A stretch of DNA of 33,550 nucleotides from assembly GCA_001771275.1 (NCBI GenBank), contig METE01000002.1, positions 88,300 through 121,849 of the forward strand, in the 5' to 3' direction. The DNA comes from a candidate division Kazan bacterium RIFCSPLOWO2_01_FULL_48_13. Its GTDB lineage: Bacteria > Patescibacteriota > Kazan-3B-28 > UBA10110. The notes under the pieces are model-generated. The model was given only the letters and a program-made list of their open reading frames with translations. It had not been told where the DNA came from and made no database searches. Position 1 is the first letter of the stretch; each line of letters opens with the position of its first letter. The position numbers and the translations under genes are program-made. Shown here one piece after another: positions 9,015-18,956 of this stretch.

Positions 9015-9830
9015 TCAAGCCGCCCGCAGGAAAGCTTGCAGATCAGGGATCTCTTTGGCCAGTTTGGCTTTTTCGATCCGTTTAAGCAGCGCGCGGTATT
9101 CTATTAGATTAAAATAGCGGCTGGACGCCTCTAATAGATCAGCAGCCTGGCTAAATTGATCATGTTTAGAATAATGCTCTATTAAACCAATGTAATCGGC
9201 TTTGGGGTCCTTGGGTACTATTGTTGACTCAGCGGTTTCCGTTTTAGCCGTGGGAGGATCGGGGTCAACCGGCTCCTCGGTTATGATTTGGGCGGATGAT
9301 TCGGTAATCGAAACATTTTCTGCTTCACTAACTACACTGCTCTTACTGTTGGCGCTGGCAGAATAGAATTTACTAATAAATGAACTCTGGTCGGTGGCCG
9401 CCATCTTTTTTTGACTCAATACAGCAAGCAGCCGGTTGCGTAAAACATCCAGCTCCTTAATCAAGCTCTTGATTTCGCTAATCAACAGGCCTTTGGCGCC
9501 ATAAGTTAAACTATCCGCCTGATTAAGGTATCCGCGTTGTTCGCTCGCGGTTAGCAGGGTACTATTGGCGGCTTTCTCCAATTGGCGCAAGCGAGCCTCG
9601 CCGGAGGCGATAAACCGATCCAGATAAGGCATTAGCCCGCGCAGGTGGCTAACTTTAACACAGGCATCGATCCCGGCATACCAATCGGCCGCCTCTTTGG
9701 GAGTGAATACCCCTAAGCTTTCGCCGTAAGCTACGGTACTATTAAGATCGGCGATAAGGTCGAACGCCTCATTTGACATCATCTCGTCTTCATCTCGCTC
9801 CTCAACTATTTCTAACTCTTCTTTCTCCAT
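9015..9830 (-). CDS. Hypothetical helical protein downstream of riboswitch-like RNA
   Basis: Long ORF; ATG at 9830 chosen (MEKEELEIVEE) because the upstream extension runs through a palindrome; no recognised family. Confidence 0.65.
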   Translation of the reverse strand: MEKEELEIVEERDEDEMMSNEAFDLIADLNSTVAYGESLGVFTPKEAADWYAGIDACVKVSHLRGLMPYLDRFIASGEARLRQLEKAANSTLLTASEQRGYLNQADSLTYGAKGLLISEIKSLIKELDVLRNRLLAVLSQKKMAATDQSSFISKFYSASANSKSSVVSEAENVSITESSAQIITEEPVDPDPPTAKTETAESTIVPKDPKADYIGLIEHYSKHDQFSQAADLLEASSRYFNLIEYRALLKRIEKAKLAKEIPDLQAFLRAA

Positions 9831-9849
9831 CTTTGGCTCAATCCTAACT

Positions 9850-9875
9850 GTATATACGGTAGCTACCGTATATAC
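9850..9875. repeat. Perfect 26-bp palindrome
   Basis: GTATATACGGTAG|CTACCGTATATAC. Confidence 0.9.
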
Positions 9876-9910
9876 CATCGGTGGCTGGTTTAAAATTTGA
9901 CTTATAATTA

Positions 9911-9934
9911 ACAAACACCTCTCGCGGAGAGAGG
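9911..9934 (-). terminator. Possible terminator / expression platform downstream of the riboswitch-like RNA
   Basis: Minus strand CCTCTC-TCCGC-GAGAGG followed by TGTTTGT. Confidence 0.5.
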
Positions 9935-9985
9935 CTTAGTAAAAACACAAGGTTTTCCCTAACTCTTCTCACGGAGTTGGTTCTA

Positions 9986-10095
<110 letters not shown>

Positions 10096-10170
10096 ACCTA
10101 ATCTTTAAGGTAAAACTATTATACACCCCCGACTGAACATTCTGGCAATCTGGCGGTGGTCGGAGTAGAC

Positions 10171-10211
10171 AAATAAAAGGCGGCAATTCTGCTGTAGGGC
10201 AGAACTGCCGC
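10171..10211 (-). terminator. Rho-independent terminator after dut
   Basis: GCGGCAGTTCTGC/GCAGAATTGCCGC stem then CTTTTATTT. Confidence 0.8.
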
Positions 10212-10234
10212 TCACGATCCGAGCGATTCACTGA

Positions 10235-10888
10235 CTAAGTCCGGTCAGGCTCGTCGTAAAGACCGGTGGAGCCGAAGCCGCCGCTGCCTCGCTCGGTCTC
10301 GTCCAGTTCGGTGCGTATGGACACGAGATTGATCTGAGGAATCAGCGCTGTAATAAAGACGATCTGGGCGATTCGCATATCTTTCTTTAGCTGAAACCTC
10401 ACCATACCCTCGTTTACCAGCACTACTCCCACTTCTCCCCGGTAGTCTGGATCAACTGTCCCGGGAGCGTTACCGATAGTGATCCGATGCTTAGAGGCCA
10501 GACCGCTGCGGGGAGCCACTAAATAAAACATCGGGAAAGGCATGGCAGTGATGAAACCAATGCCAGCTAATACCGATTCACCCGGCTCGAGCCAATAGAC
10601 CCATTCCAATTTGAGATCTTCTTCATCACTTTCTTCCTTCTCCGAACCCTCTACGAGTATGCCCTGGATGTGCTTCATCAGCTCCTTGTTCGGCAAATTG
10701 TATTTATTGGGGAGCGTGAAGTCAAACAGGGTTTTACGCAGGATGCCGTCCGGTTCCATCTCAAATGGAGAAACGATCGCCCGCAAATACACATCATAGC
10801 CGATGGCCCCTTCGGTTTGACGCTTAGGCATTTGACCGCCCGGTAGAACATGGATATCAATCTCTGGCCGATCATTCACAATCATCAC
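10235..10888 (-). CDS. dut: dUTP diphosphatase (trimeric) with insertion
   Basis: Motifs AIGYD, PRSGLA, GTVDPDYRGE, RIAQ, RGSGGFGSTG. Confidence 0.93.
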   Translation of the reverse strand: MMIVNDRPEIDIHVLPGGQMPKRQTEGAIGYDVYLRAIVSPFEMEPDGILRKTLFDFTLPNKYNLPNKELMKHIQGILVEGSEKEESDEEDLKLEWVYWLEPGESVLAGIGFITAMPFPMFYLVAPRSGLASKHRITIGNAPGTVDPDYRGEVGVVLVNEGMVRFQLKKDMRIAQIVFITALIPQINLVSIRTELDETERGSGGFGSTGLYDEPDRT

Positions 10889-11027
10889 TTCCTCAACAAC
10901 TTTCTGATTATCAACCCCCGCAGACCCGCCTGATGGCAGACAGGGATGGACAGACTATTTTATCACACCAAAACCCCGAGCCACAAGGCCCGGGTTTAAG
11001 TTTTAATTGAACTTAATCAACTAAGAA

Positions 11028-11345
11028 TTATCGGCGACCATAACTACTGCCACCACCACCACGATTGCCGCCACCGAAACCGGGGCGATCAACCTTGGGA
11101 CGAGCAACATTCACCGAGATAGTACGACCATCGAGCTCTTTGCCATTGAGTTCATCAATCGCCTTCTGAGCTTCCTCATCAGTAGCCATCTCGACGAAAC
11201 CAAAGCCCTTGGAACGGCCGGACATGCGATCAATGATCACAGCCGCGGATTCCACGGTACCTGCGCCAGCAAAAAACTCGCGGAGGTTATCGTCCGTAGT
11301 AGCATAGTTCAATCCACCGACAAACAATTTCTTGTTGTTATCCAT
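11028..11345 (-). CDS. RRM RNA-binding protein with Gly-rich tail
   Basis: RNP2 LFVGGL and RNP1 KGFGFVEM. Confidence 0.95.
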   Translation of the reverse strand: MDNNKKLFVGGLNYATTDDNLREFFAGAGTVESAAVIIDRMSGRSKGFGFVEMATDEEAQKAIDELNGKELDGRTISVNVARPKVDRPGFGGGNRGGGGSSYGRR

Positions 11346-11472
11346 GTGAGATCTAAACCTTACTTACTTAATATACGTAGGGCGGTCCTGCATCTCACAC
11401 GGTCGAACGTTATACACTTTCTCCCAGGAGATTACCTACTCCAACGCCAGTATACCCTAACCAGTCAGAAAG

Positions 11473-11907
11473 TCAAGCTGAGGCCGGATTTTGCTCGAGA
11501 TAAGCCATAGCCTGGCTTAATACTACTCGGGCGGCTGGAAAGGTAATCAATTTATTCGCCTCCTCCGGGGTAACCCAGCGGTAATCTTGCAGCTCTTCTT
11601 CCAATATCTTAACGGCGGAATCCCCCACCCGGCCCAAGAAGTATTTGACGGTTTTATGGATGGTATTTTTATCCTGATGGCTGATAAATTGATATTTTTC
11701 GGTAGCGCTCCAATTGGGAGCTAATTCGACATTGGTAATACCGGTTTCTTCGCGCAACTCTCTTAGAGCCGACTCCACTTCGTTCTCATTGCCTTCGGGA
11801 TGGCCTTTAGGAAAAGACCAGTGCCCCACATTGTGGCGCACCAGTAGAAATTTAAGTTGGCCTTTTATCCACTGGACCGGGACTACTCCGAACGAATGTT
11901 GTTCCAT
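11473..11907 (-). CDS. NUDIX hydrolase (Ap4A hydrolase-like)
   Basis: HWSFPKGH and NUDIX box [22 protein letters not shown]; KTVKYFL. Confidence 0.92.
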   Translation of the reverse strand: MEQHSFGVVPVQWIKGQLKFLLVRHNVGHWSFPKGHPEGNENEVESALRELREETGITNVELAPNWSATEKYQFISHQDKNTIHKTVKYFLGRVGDSAVKILEEELQDYRWVTPEEANKLITFPAARVVLSQAMAYLEQNPASA

Positions 11908-12065
11908 AAACTTATCTTCTCATAAACGGCGGATTGCGAGCGATTGCCGTAAGGCACTCTCGCTGTATCACCTAAGTAGATGTAATCGTACTGCGGCAGC
12001 TTTTTTACGATTGCCTTAAGTAGGATCAAGCCACCGAGGCCAGAATCGAATACACCAATCTTCAC
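11883..12065 (-). pseudogene. murI: Glutamate racemase 5' fragment
   Basis: [13 protein letters not shown]...[14 protein letters not shown] is the MurI N-terminus; similarity stops after about 49 codons, before either catalytic Cys, and the frame runs into the NUDIX gene. Confidence 0.88.
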
Positions 12066-12116
12066 GATAAATTACAAATTAAAAAGTATAAATTATTGTC
12101 ATTTCGACCAACCCCC

Positions 12117-12209
12117 TGTCATCCTGAAAACACTTTACTGCCGTGGGCCATATTATAGATAACTTATTCAGGATCCAGGCCTGGATTCCAGATCGAGTCT
12201 GGAATGACA
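12117..12209. repeat. Composite REP-like element (about 93 bp)
   Basis: Near-identical inverted copy at 21085-21176 and partial copy at 31351-31420; central palindrome ATCCAGGCCTGGAT. Confidence 0.88.
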
Positions 12210-12294
12210 AAAGGGCGGACAGACAAAAACAGAGAATGGATTCCCCGCTGGAGTTTACCCTCAACTTCGATCTGGGGCAGAAACGACAAGTAGG

Positions 12295-12828
12295 TTAAAA
12301 GGTGATGGGAATGGTTAGCTGGTCGTCGTTGGCTGGCAATCCAGACGGATTATCTTTGTATAGGATTAGTGTGCCGGTTGAGCTCGGAGGTTGAAGCGCA
12401 AAATTAAGCGTAACGGTAAACGGCACAAAACTCGGTGTCATCCAGTCGCTTTGCGCCTGAGCTACACCTTCAGCCAGCAGATTGTTGCTGGCATCAAATA
12501 GTTTGACCGGGAAAGAGGCTTCAAAATACCAGCCGCCAACTGCCTGGCCGGTGATAGTTAGAGGGCTACTAATCTGCTGATTGGGCGACGGAGCAGTGAC
12601 CTGAATTAAATCAGTTTTGTCGAGGGCATTACCGATATCTTCGGAAAAGGTTTTGCCTCCGTATGCGCACTGTCTCGGATAAGATTCCATTACCGGCTGA
12701 CCGGTCGCGGCGCAACTGTTAAAATTGGTTACTGCTATTTTAGGGGAACTAAATGATTGCCAAACCCACACACCGACGGCTACTAAGATAATTAACAGGA
12801 TAGCGAAGATCCATTGTTTCTTGTCCAT
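12295..12828 (-). CDS. Membrane-anchored Gmad2-type immunoglobulin-like protein
   Basis: N-terminal TM, CAATGQPVMESYPRQC motif, WYFEASFP, DWMT..FVPF, KDNPSGLP. Confidence 0.85.
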   Translation of the reverse strand: MDKKQWIFAILLIILVAVGVWVWQSFSSPKIAVTNFNSCAATGQPVMESYPRQCAYGGKTFSEDIGNALDKTDLIQVTAPSPNQQISSPLTITGQAVGGWYFEASFPVKLFDASNNLLAEGVAQAQSDWMTPSFVPFTVTLNFALQPPSSTGTLILYKDNPSGLPANDDQLTIPITF

Positions 12829-12964
12829 ATACTTATTGGCTTGGTGAAATATTATAGGTCTTAATTATACCAAAATCACCCCGCGAAGAGGTGACCTGGT
12901 AGATCTGATTTTCTAACTTAGTCATTATATCACAAATTCCGAGTGATGAATTATAATTAAACCA

Positions 12965-14272
12965 ATGGCAAAATCAATAACGCATAACCGGGAGCAGTGG
13001 CAAAGTAAATGGGGATTTATATTAGCTTCGGCTGGTTCAGCGGTTGGCTTAGGTAATTTTTGGAGATTCTCTTACCTGGTGGGAATGAACGGTGGGGCGG
13101 CCTTCGTATTGGTCTATTTAGCCTCAGTGTTAGTAATTGGGGTGCCACTAATGATTGCCGAATTCCTGCTGGGAAAACTGACGGGTTTAAGTATTGTATC
13201 GGCGTTTCGGAAAATATCTGGTAATCGAAAACTATGGGTGGCCCTTGGCTTGATCGGCGTGGTTGCCTCGTTTGTTACCCTGGGCTACTACGCGGTGATT
13301 GGTGGCTGGGTGGTGGGCTATTTGGGTCAATCTTTATCTGGAAATCTGCCCAGGGATCCTGCGACAGCTGATGCGGCCTTTAGAATATTTAGCACTACTC
13401 CGGCTTTGCAGATCGTTTGGTATACCTTGTTTTCTTGGATCGTAGCCACTATTGTTAGTCGCGGGGTAAGAGCTGGCATCGAAAAATACAACCGCATACT
13501 AATGCTGATGTTTTTGATGCTACTTACTGGAATGGCCATCTACGCTTTAACCCTACCGGGCGCTCGTGAGGCCTTGAGCTTTATGTTTAAATTTGATGCC
13601 AGCAAGATCACTCCGCTGGTAACTTTATTAGCCGTGGGTCATACCTTTTTTAGCCTCAGCTTAGGTGCTGGGATCATGATTGCGTATGGCAGTTACCTAC
13701 CCAAAAAAATCACGCTGCCGTTTGCTTCGATCGTCATTAGCGTCATCGATGTAATTGTGGCGCTGCTGGCCGGTCTGGTTATCTTTTCGATTGTATTTAG
13801 TTTTGGATTATTTCCCGATTCTGGTACGGGCATTGCTTTTGTAACTCTACCTCCCCTGTTTGCGGTTATGCCCGGAGGAACCTGGTTGGCCACGATCTTT
13901 TTCTTTATGTTGGCGGCAGCCGCTATTACCTCGGCCGTCTCGATCTTGGAGGTTGTGGCAGTCTATTTAATGGACGAGTGGAAGGTTAGCCGACAGGTCT
14001 CTACCTGGGGTTCGGCTATCGCCATTTATTTATTTGGATTAATCTGGACCGCTAACGATATTACATTGGTGGATAAGATAGCCGGGGGATATCTACTGGT
14101 GTTGGGTGCATTGGCCGTTGCGTTATTGGTCGGCTGGGTAGTCCCGCTCAGCAACTTAGCTAAGCTTTTGCAGACTAAAGCTACCCATCCAGTGCTACGC
14201 GGTTTTTACTTTCTCAATCGCTATCTGATACCGATCACTCTGGTCTGGTTACTCTTGAGTGGCACATTTTAG
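12965..14272 (+). CDS. Sodium-dependent transporter, NSS/SNF family
   Basis: REQWQSKWGFILASAGSAVGLGNFWRF, NGGAAF, FFSLSLGAG..IAYGSY. Confidence 0.95.
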   Translation: MAKSITHNREQWQSKWGFILASAGSAVGLGNFWRFSYLVGMNGGAAFVLVYLASVLVIGVPLMIAEFLLGKLTGLSIVSAFRKISGNRKLWVALGLIGVVASFVTLGYYAVIGGWVVGYLGQSLSGNLPRDPATADAAFRIFSTTPALQIVWYTLFSWIVATIVSRGVRAGIEKYNRILMLMFLMLLTGMAIYALTLPGAREALSFMFKFDASKITPLVTLLAVGHTFFSLSLGAGIMIAYGSYLPKKITLPFASIVISVIDVIVALLAGLVIFSIVFSFGLFPDSGTGIAFVTLPPLFAVMPGGTWLATIFFFMLAAAAITSAVSILEVVAVYLMDEWKVSRQVSTWGSAIAIYLFGLIWTANDITLVDKIAGGYLLVLGALAVALLVGWVVPLSNLAKLLQTKATHPVLRGFYFLNRYLIPITLVWLLLSGTF

Positions 14273-14291
14273 GTGACAACATCCAACCCAC

Positions 14292-14690
14292 CTACTCGGT
14301 GGTAATGCCATCAAACTCTTCTGGCTTAAGCATAGCCTGAGTTTTGGTTGTTCTAATAGTCCCATCGATGTGCTCTGGCGGAGAGTAAAGAGTGTAAAAC
14401 TTTAGTGGTTTATCGGTGGAGGTGTTAATTACATTGTGGTCGGACCCAGCTGGAATAATCACCCCAAATCCATCACTAACCATATGGTCAACTCCATCGA
14501 TCACCACCTTGCCCTCGCCTTCATCAAATCGGAAGAACTGATCGATATCGTGATGAATCTCTGCGCCAATATCTTCGCCAGGTTGTAATGTCATTAATAC
14601 TAACTGAGTATGACGGCCAGTGTAAAGAACTCGGCGGAAATCGGTATTGGTGACCGTTTCTTTTTCTAAATCAATTGCATATCCTTTCAC
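14292..14690 (-). CDS. Cupin domain protein
   Basis: FRRVLYTG, QLVLM, EIH..DQFF, HNVIN, LYSPPEH; GTG start with GGAGG. Confidence 0.9.
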   Translation of the reverse strand: MKGYAIDLEKETVTNTDFRRVLYTGRHTQLVLMTLQPGEDIGAEIHHDIDQFFRFDEGEGKVVIDGVDHMVSDGFGVIIPAGSDHNVINTSTDKPLKFYTLYSPPEHIDGTIRTTKTQAMLKPEEFDGITTE

Positions 14691-14732
14691 ATTGCCTCCA
14701 AATGATTGTTACTAATTATGCAGTTTTTATCC

Positions 14733-14810
14733 CGTCATTCTGGTAAGTCCGTCAGCCGACGGACGCATCCGGAATCGTATTATACGATCCCCGACGAGGC
14801 GAGGATGACG
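14733..14810. repeat. REP-like element with nested 18-bp palindrome
   Basis: 14733-14776 is the reverse complement of 6765-6808 with one mismatch in 44 bp. Confidence 0.88.
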
Positions 14811-14827
14811 ATGCGCGGTGAACATCG

Positions 14828-15436
14828 TCATTTTTTAATGTAGTGTTCTTTTAGTAAGTGCCAGATAGCGGGAATAACCGATACAACGATAATGCCAATG
14901 ATTATCCAAGTGATATAACTTTCTGCTCCCGGAATAACTTGAGTGAGGTAAAAGCCAGAGAGGGTTAAGCTTAAGGTCCAGAGCAATCCACCAAAGATAT
15001 TATAAAATACGAAAGTTTTGTATTGCATTTGGCCAATACCAGCCACAATCGGGGCAAAGGTGCGCACTACTGGGATAAATCGCGCTAAAATAATTGTCAT
15101 CGGGCCATATTGTTTGTAAAAATTATGGGCGCGAATCAGGTTCTTTTTGTGAAATAATATAGAATTTTCTCTCCGAAACAGTTTAGGCCCTACTGTTTTT
15201 CCAAAAGCATACCCAAAGTTATCACCCAAAACCGCGCCGACAAAAACGACGAGTAGAAGCGTAGCGATGTTGAGATATCCCTGTGAGGCTAACAGGCCAG
15301 CCGTGAACAACAAACTATCACCCGGTAAAAAGAAGCCAATAAATAATCCAGATTCGGCAAACACAATCCCGAATACACCTAAGTATCCGACCGTTTTGAT
15401 CAGCTCAATTAAATTTTCGCCAGAGAACCAGTCCAT
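14828..15436 (-). CDS. DedA/VTT family membrane protein
   Basis: FAESGL..GFFLPGDSLLFTAG and ARFIPVVRTFAP motifs. Confidence 0.95.
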   Translation of the reverse strand: MDWFSGENLIELIKTVGYLGVFGIVFAESGLFIGFFLPGDSLLFTAGLLASQGYLNIATLLLVVFVGAVLGDNFGYAFGKTVGPKLFRRENSILFHKKNLIRAHNFYKQYGPMTIILARFIPVVRTFAPIVAGIGQMQYKTFVFYNIFGGLLWTLSLTLSGFYLTQVIPGAESYITWIIIGIIVVSVIPAIWHLLKEHYIKK

Positions 15437-15498
15437 TACCCAATCATTATACCGTCAAACCGCCCGAGATAGCTGATTTAATTAAGGATGGCGAGAGT

Positions 15499-17382
15499 CT
15501 ACCAGTTTAGGTTGGACTTAACCCGATGCATCACAGAACTATTTTCTCGCTCTTTGGGCGACAGAGCGGCTACTTTTCTCCAAAACAAGACAAGATCATG
15601 TTCTTTTAGTTGGTGATAGGGATGCGGGTACAATTCGGGCTCGTTAGTCATTGAGGGCAGTGCAATAGGGTTAACCGGTTCCCCCAGCACACCTGCGTCA
15701 TCTTGTTCATCGGCAGCTGATAATTCTGCCCGGCCACACTGTTGAAGTAGGCCTATATATAATTTGATGTTTTTAACTAGTCCGCGCCGCTTAGCCTCAA
15801 ACTTTAATTTCCTTAATGCCCGACTTTCGATTTGGCGAATGCGTTCTCGGCTTACATTGTAATACTGGCCGATCTCTTCTAATGTACAATCCGCTCCGGT
15901 GCTTTTATTTAATCCAAGCCGGAGATTTAATATATGAATCTCTTTTTTATTCAATCCAAACTGCTGCATTAATGTCCGGAGTTCCTTTTTGGCCGTCTGA
16001 TAAGCCATGGCCAGTTCGGGGTCAGCCATCTTTTTATCAGAGATGAATTGATGGCGGGGAGATTCCTCGTCCAGACTCCCTCTGCCTCTTAAAAGGCCAG
16101 CGTCCAGAGATTCAATTGTCCGATTGTAGTTCAGCACCTGTTCCATATCCTCCACCCGAACTCCCAATCGAGCAGCCAATTCCGACTGGGTTAGCGCATC
16201 CCCAGCGTCCACTGCTGCCTGTCTGATAGCGCGATTTAGCCTGAAGATCGATTCGAATACATGTATCGGAAGGCGAATGCCCCGACCTCGGTTGCTAATC
16301 TCCCGATAGACGGCCTGTTTAATCCACCAAGTTGCCAAGGTGGAGAGTTTCAATGGTTCGTCTTTAATTACCTGTCCAGTTTCTGGGTCGCGGATACGAT
16401 AATCTGGATCGTATCTTTCTATCGCCCTAATCAGGCCCAGGTTGCCCGCCTGGATCAGATCCAGGAAATCCAGACCTCTGCCTGTATGTTTTTTGGCGAT
16501 CGAAACCACCAACCCCAAATTGCTATTGATTAATCTTTCTTTGGCTGACATATCACCTGCCCGATAACGCAAAGTTAGGGAACGCTCCTCTACTACGCTC
16601 AACAGCGGGGTTCGTCTAATGGCCATCAAGTAAGCTTTAACGGAATCCTCGGTCATGCGGTCCTCGGCCAAGAGCTGCTCGGTAGTTTTGGCCGGCCGGC
16701 CCGAATCCTTCTCAACCTCTTCACCCGCATCATCGTTGGATGCCGGCTCACTGTGCTCTTTGCCCTCGGGGGTTTTATCATCGGGCAGCTCGATTGCGGG
16801 CATACTCACATCCCTGGTCTCCACCCGGTGTCGTCTGTTGTCGGAACTGGGTTTGGGAGGAGGCGCAGTCTTTGCCCCGTTAATCCCTGGGGAGAAAGAT
16901 GGCTCTGAGATGGGATTATAGGCAAAATCGACTGCCAAGCGAGCCAAGATCAAATCGGCCAGCTCCGGGTGGACAAACTGGCCATTAGCGTATCTCCGGC
17001 ACTGCTCGGGGCGTCTTGATCCTTCTTGCTTAATAATAGAAATCATCTCGTTGGCTTCTGACCGCGAGCGCCTAATAATGTCCTCGACTTTTACATAGCC
17101 AACCGGAGCGGCCTCTTTAAGGGCCGCCACATCACTTAATATATCCCTTAAAGTTTTGGAGTCGACGACTTCTTTATTGTTAGATTTATTACTAAAATTA
17201 TCAGGATAGGCCGTTCGATAACGCCCAATAATCTGGGGCAGGCGCTTTCGATCATCATCCCCCACCATTTCCAATATCTCATCGGTATGGACCCCGGGTA
17301 TTTTGGATTCACTAAACAGCTTAGCCGTAGGGTCGTTTGATGGCGGTAATTCCACTGATGGTAAAGATATTTTTTCTTTCAT
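15499..17382 (-). CDS. RpoD-like sigma-70 factor with long N- and C-terminal extensions
   Basis: Region 1.2 DSVKAYL, region 2 NLGLVVSIAKK..RGLDFLDLIQAGNLGL..ATWWIKQA, IRLPIH, region 4 TLEEIG..VSRERIRQIE; ATG at 17382 avoids overlap with the upstream gene. Confidence 0.9.
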   Translation of the reverse strand: MKEKISLPSVELPPSNDPTAKLFSESKIPGVHTDEILEMVGDDDRKRLPQIIGRYRTAYPDNFSNKSNNKEVVDSKTLRDILSDVAALKEAAPVGYVKVEDIIRRSRSEANEMISIIKQEGSRRPEQCRRYANGQFVHPELADLILARLAVDFAYNPISEPSFSPGINGAKTAPPPKPSSDNRRHRVETRDVSMPAIELPDDKTPEGKEHSEPASNDDAGEEVEKDSGRPAKTTEQLLAEDRMTEDSVKAYLMAIRRTPLLSVVEERSLTLRYRAGDMSAKERLINSNLGLVVSIAKKHTGRGLDFLDLIQAGNLGLIRAIERYDPDYRIRDPETGQVIKDEPLKLSTLATWWIKQAVYREISNRGRGIRLPIHVFESIFRLNRAIRQAAVDAGDALTQSELAARLGVRVEDMEQVLNYNRTIESLDAGLLRGRGSLDEESPRHQFISDKKMADPELAMAYQTAKKELRTLMQQFGLNKKEIHILNLRLGLNKSTGADCTLEEIGQYYNVSRERIRQIESRALRKLKFEAKRRGLVKNIKLYIGLLQQCGRAELSAADEQDDAGVLGEPVNPIALPSMTNEPELYPHPYHQLKEHDLVLFWRKVAALSPKERENSSVMHRVKSNLNW

Positions 17383-17392
17383 ATAGAATCTG

Positions 17393-18847
17393 CTAACTAA
17401 AATCTGGGTCGGTATCATTAAAAGACAAGTTGGTTGATTTATTATCTATTCTTTCTACTTTAGACCAAGTTAATTGATTAGACCGAGTAATTAAGCGGGG
17501 CTTGGGGAATACAATCTCGGCGGCTCCTTTGGCCGAAAGTTTCTTTTTCTGCCAGTCAATAGCCTCCTCTGTCTTACCGTCAGATTCCAGCTCTTCTAAC
17601 CGATATGCCTCTACAATATCGGCTCGACGGCTTTGAACTAAAGATTCCAAGCAGGCCAATAGTACCGGGCCAACGCCCTTTCGTTTAACCCAAGCCTTAA
17701 GTTGGTCTATCGCTCGCTTTTGGATCTGGCGAATGCGTTGTTGGGTAAAGCCAAATATAGCCCCGATCTTTGCTAAAGTAGTTTCCGATCCTTCGGGATT
17801 ATCCAAGCCGTATCTCATTTCTAATATGTATATGTCTTTATCGGATAGACCGCTTTTTTTCATCATATGTTTTAGCTCGCTCCGGGCAGCTCTGTACTCC
17901 TCCACCAACACCGGATCAGGAGGATACGAATCGCTCATCATCTCTATAAATTCTGTTTCTTTCTCCAACCCTCCACCCAATGAGTTAGGATTGTCACCGT
18001 GTTGAACCCCCGTGTTTAATGAGGCAGTTCTCATTCCATAAGCCAATAGCTGTTCTAATTTATCAACCGGAGTTTCGAGCCTTTCGGCCATTTCGGCGAT
18101 AGTCAACTCCTGGCCCTTAGAACCCCCTAACTGTCCCATTTTCTTGCGCAGAGCGGCCAACTCCAGATGTATATGGGCTGGCCGGCGCACAGTATCCCCC
18201 TGAGTTTCTATTGCCCGATTAATCAACTGGCAGATCCACCAATGAGCGTAGGTGTTAACCCTAAGCGGCCTATCTTCTCCAATTATCTCCTGAGTTGTTT
18301 TGTCCCGCTTGCGATATTCGGGATCATATTTGTCTATCGCTCGGATTAGCCCTTTATTGCCCTCCTGAATAAGATCTAAAAACGACAATCCACGGTTGGT
18401 GTATTTTGGATTTTTAGCGACATACACCACTAATCTTAGGTTATGATTGATGAGTTTCTCCCGAGCAGACATATCACCCTCTTTACGATACCGATTAGCT
18501 AATTCCACCTCTTCCTCGGTAGTCAATCGGGGATACTTGCTTATGTATATGAGATAGGATTTAATTCCACTGAATAGTTGATTGTCTTCGGCGGCCAACC
18601 GTTCCGAATCCCCTATTGGTTCATCTTCTCCCCAATCTACTATGTCAAGTATATCGGAATCAGGGTTATTATAGGCTTCCTCAACCTCGATTTTAACTCT
18701 CTCAATTTCCGATACATCCAATATGGTAACTCCCGGCATTACGACTTCGGGCAGTTCCCTCAACCTGCGCCATCTACTCGATTTTTGGGGAGTTTCGCTT
18801 GGGTTATCGGACATAGCCGATTCTATGACTTGTGATTCTTTAACCAT
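17393..18847 (-). CDS. RpoD-like sigma-70 factor (divergent paralog)
   Basis: [61 protein letters not shown]. Confidence 0.9.
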   Translation of the reverse strand: MVKESQVIESAMSDNPSETPQKSSRWRRLRELPEVVMPGVTILDVSEIERVKIEVEEAYNNPDSDILDIVDWGEDEPIGDSERLAAEDNQLFSGIKSYLIYISKYPRLTTEEEVELANRYRKEGDMSAREKLINHNLRLVVYVAKNPKYTNRGLSFLDLIQEGNKGLIRAIDKYDPEYRKRDKTTQEIIGEDRPLRVNTYAHWWICQLINRAIETQGDTVRRPAHIHLELAALRKKMGQLGGSKGQELTIAEMAERLETPVDKLEQLLAYGMRTASLNTGVQHGDNPNSLGGGLEKETEFIEMMSDSYPPDPVLVEEYRAARSELKHMMKKSGLSDKDIYILEMRYGLDNPEGSETTLAKIGAIFGFTQQRIRQIQKRAIDQLKAWVKRKGVGPVLLACLESLVQSRRADIVEAYRLEELESDGKTEEAIDWQKKKLSAKGAAEIVFPKPRLITRSNQLTWSKVERIDNKSTNLSFNDTDPDFS

Positions 18848-18956
18848 CTAAAGGTAAGTTAACAGAACTATGGCCCGTCTATATCTGACGAACTTCCTAA
18901 TATAGCACAAAATCAGGCCTCCAACAGGGTAACGCGGATAGTTAGGCTATTGGCGC

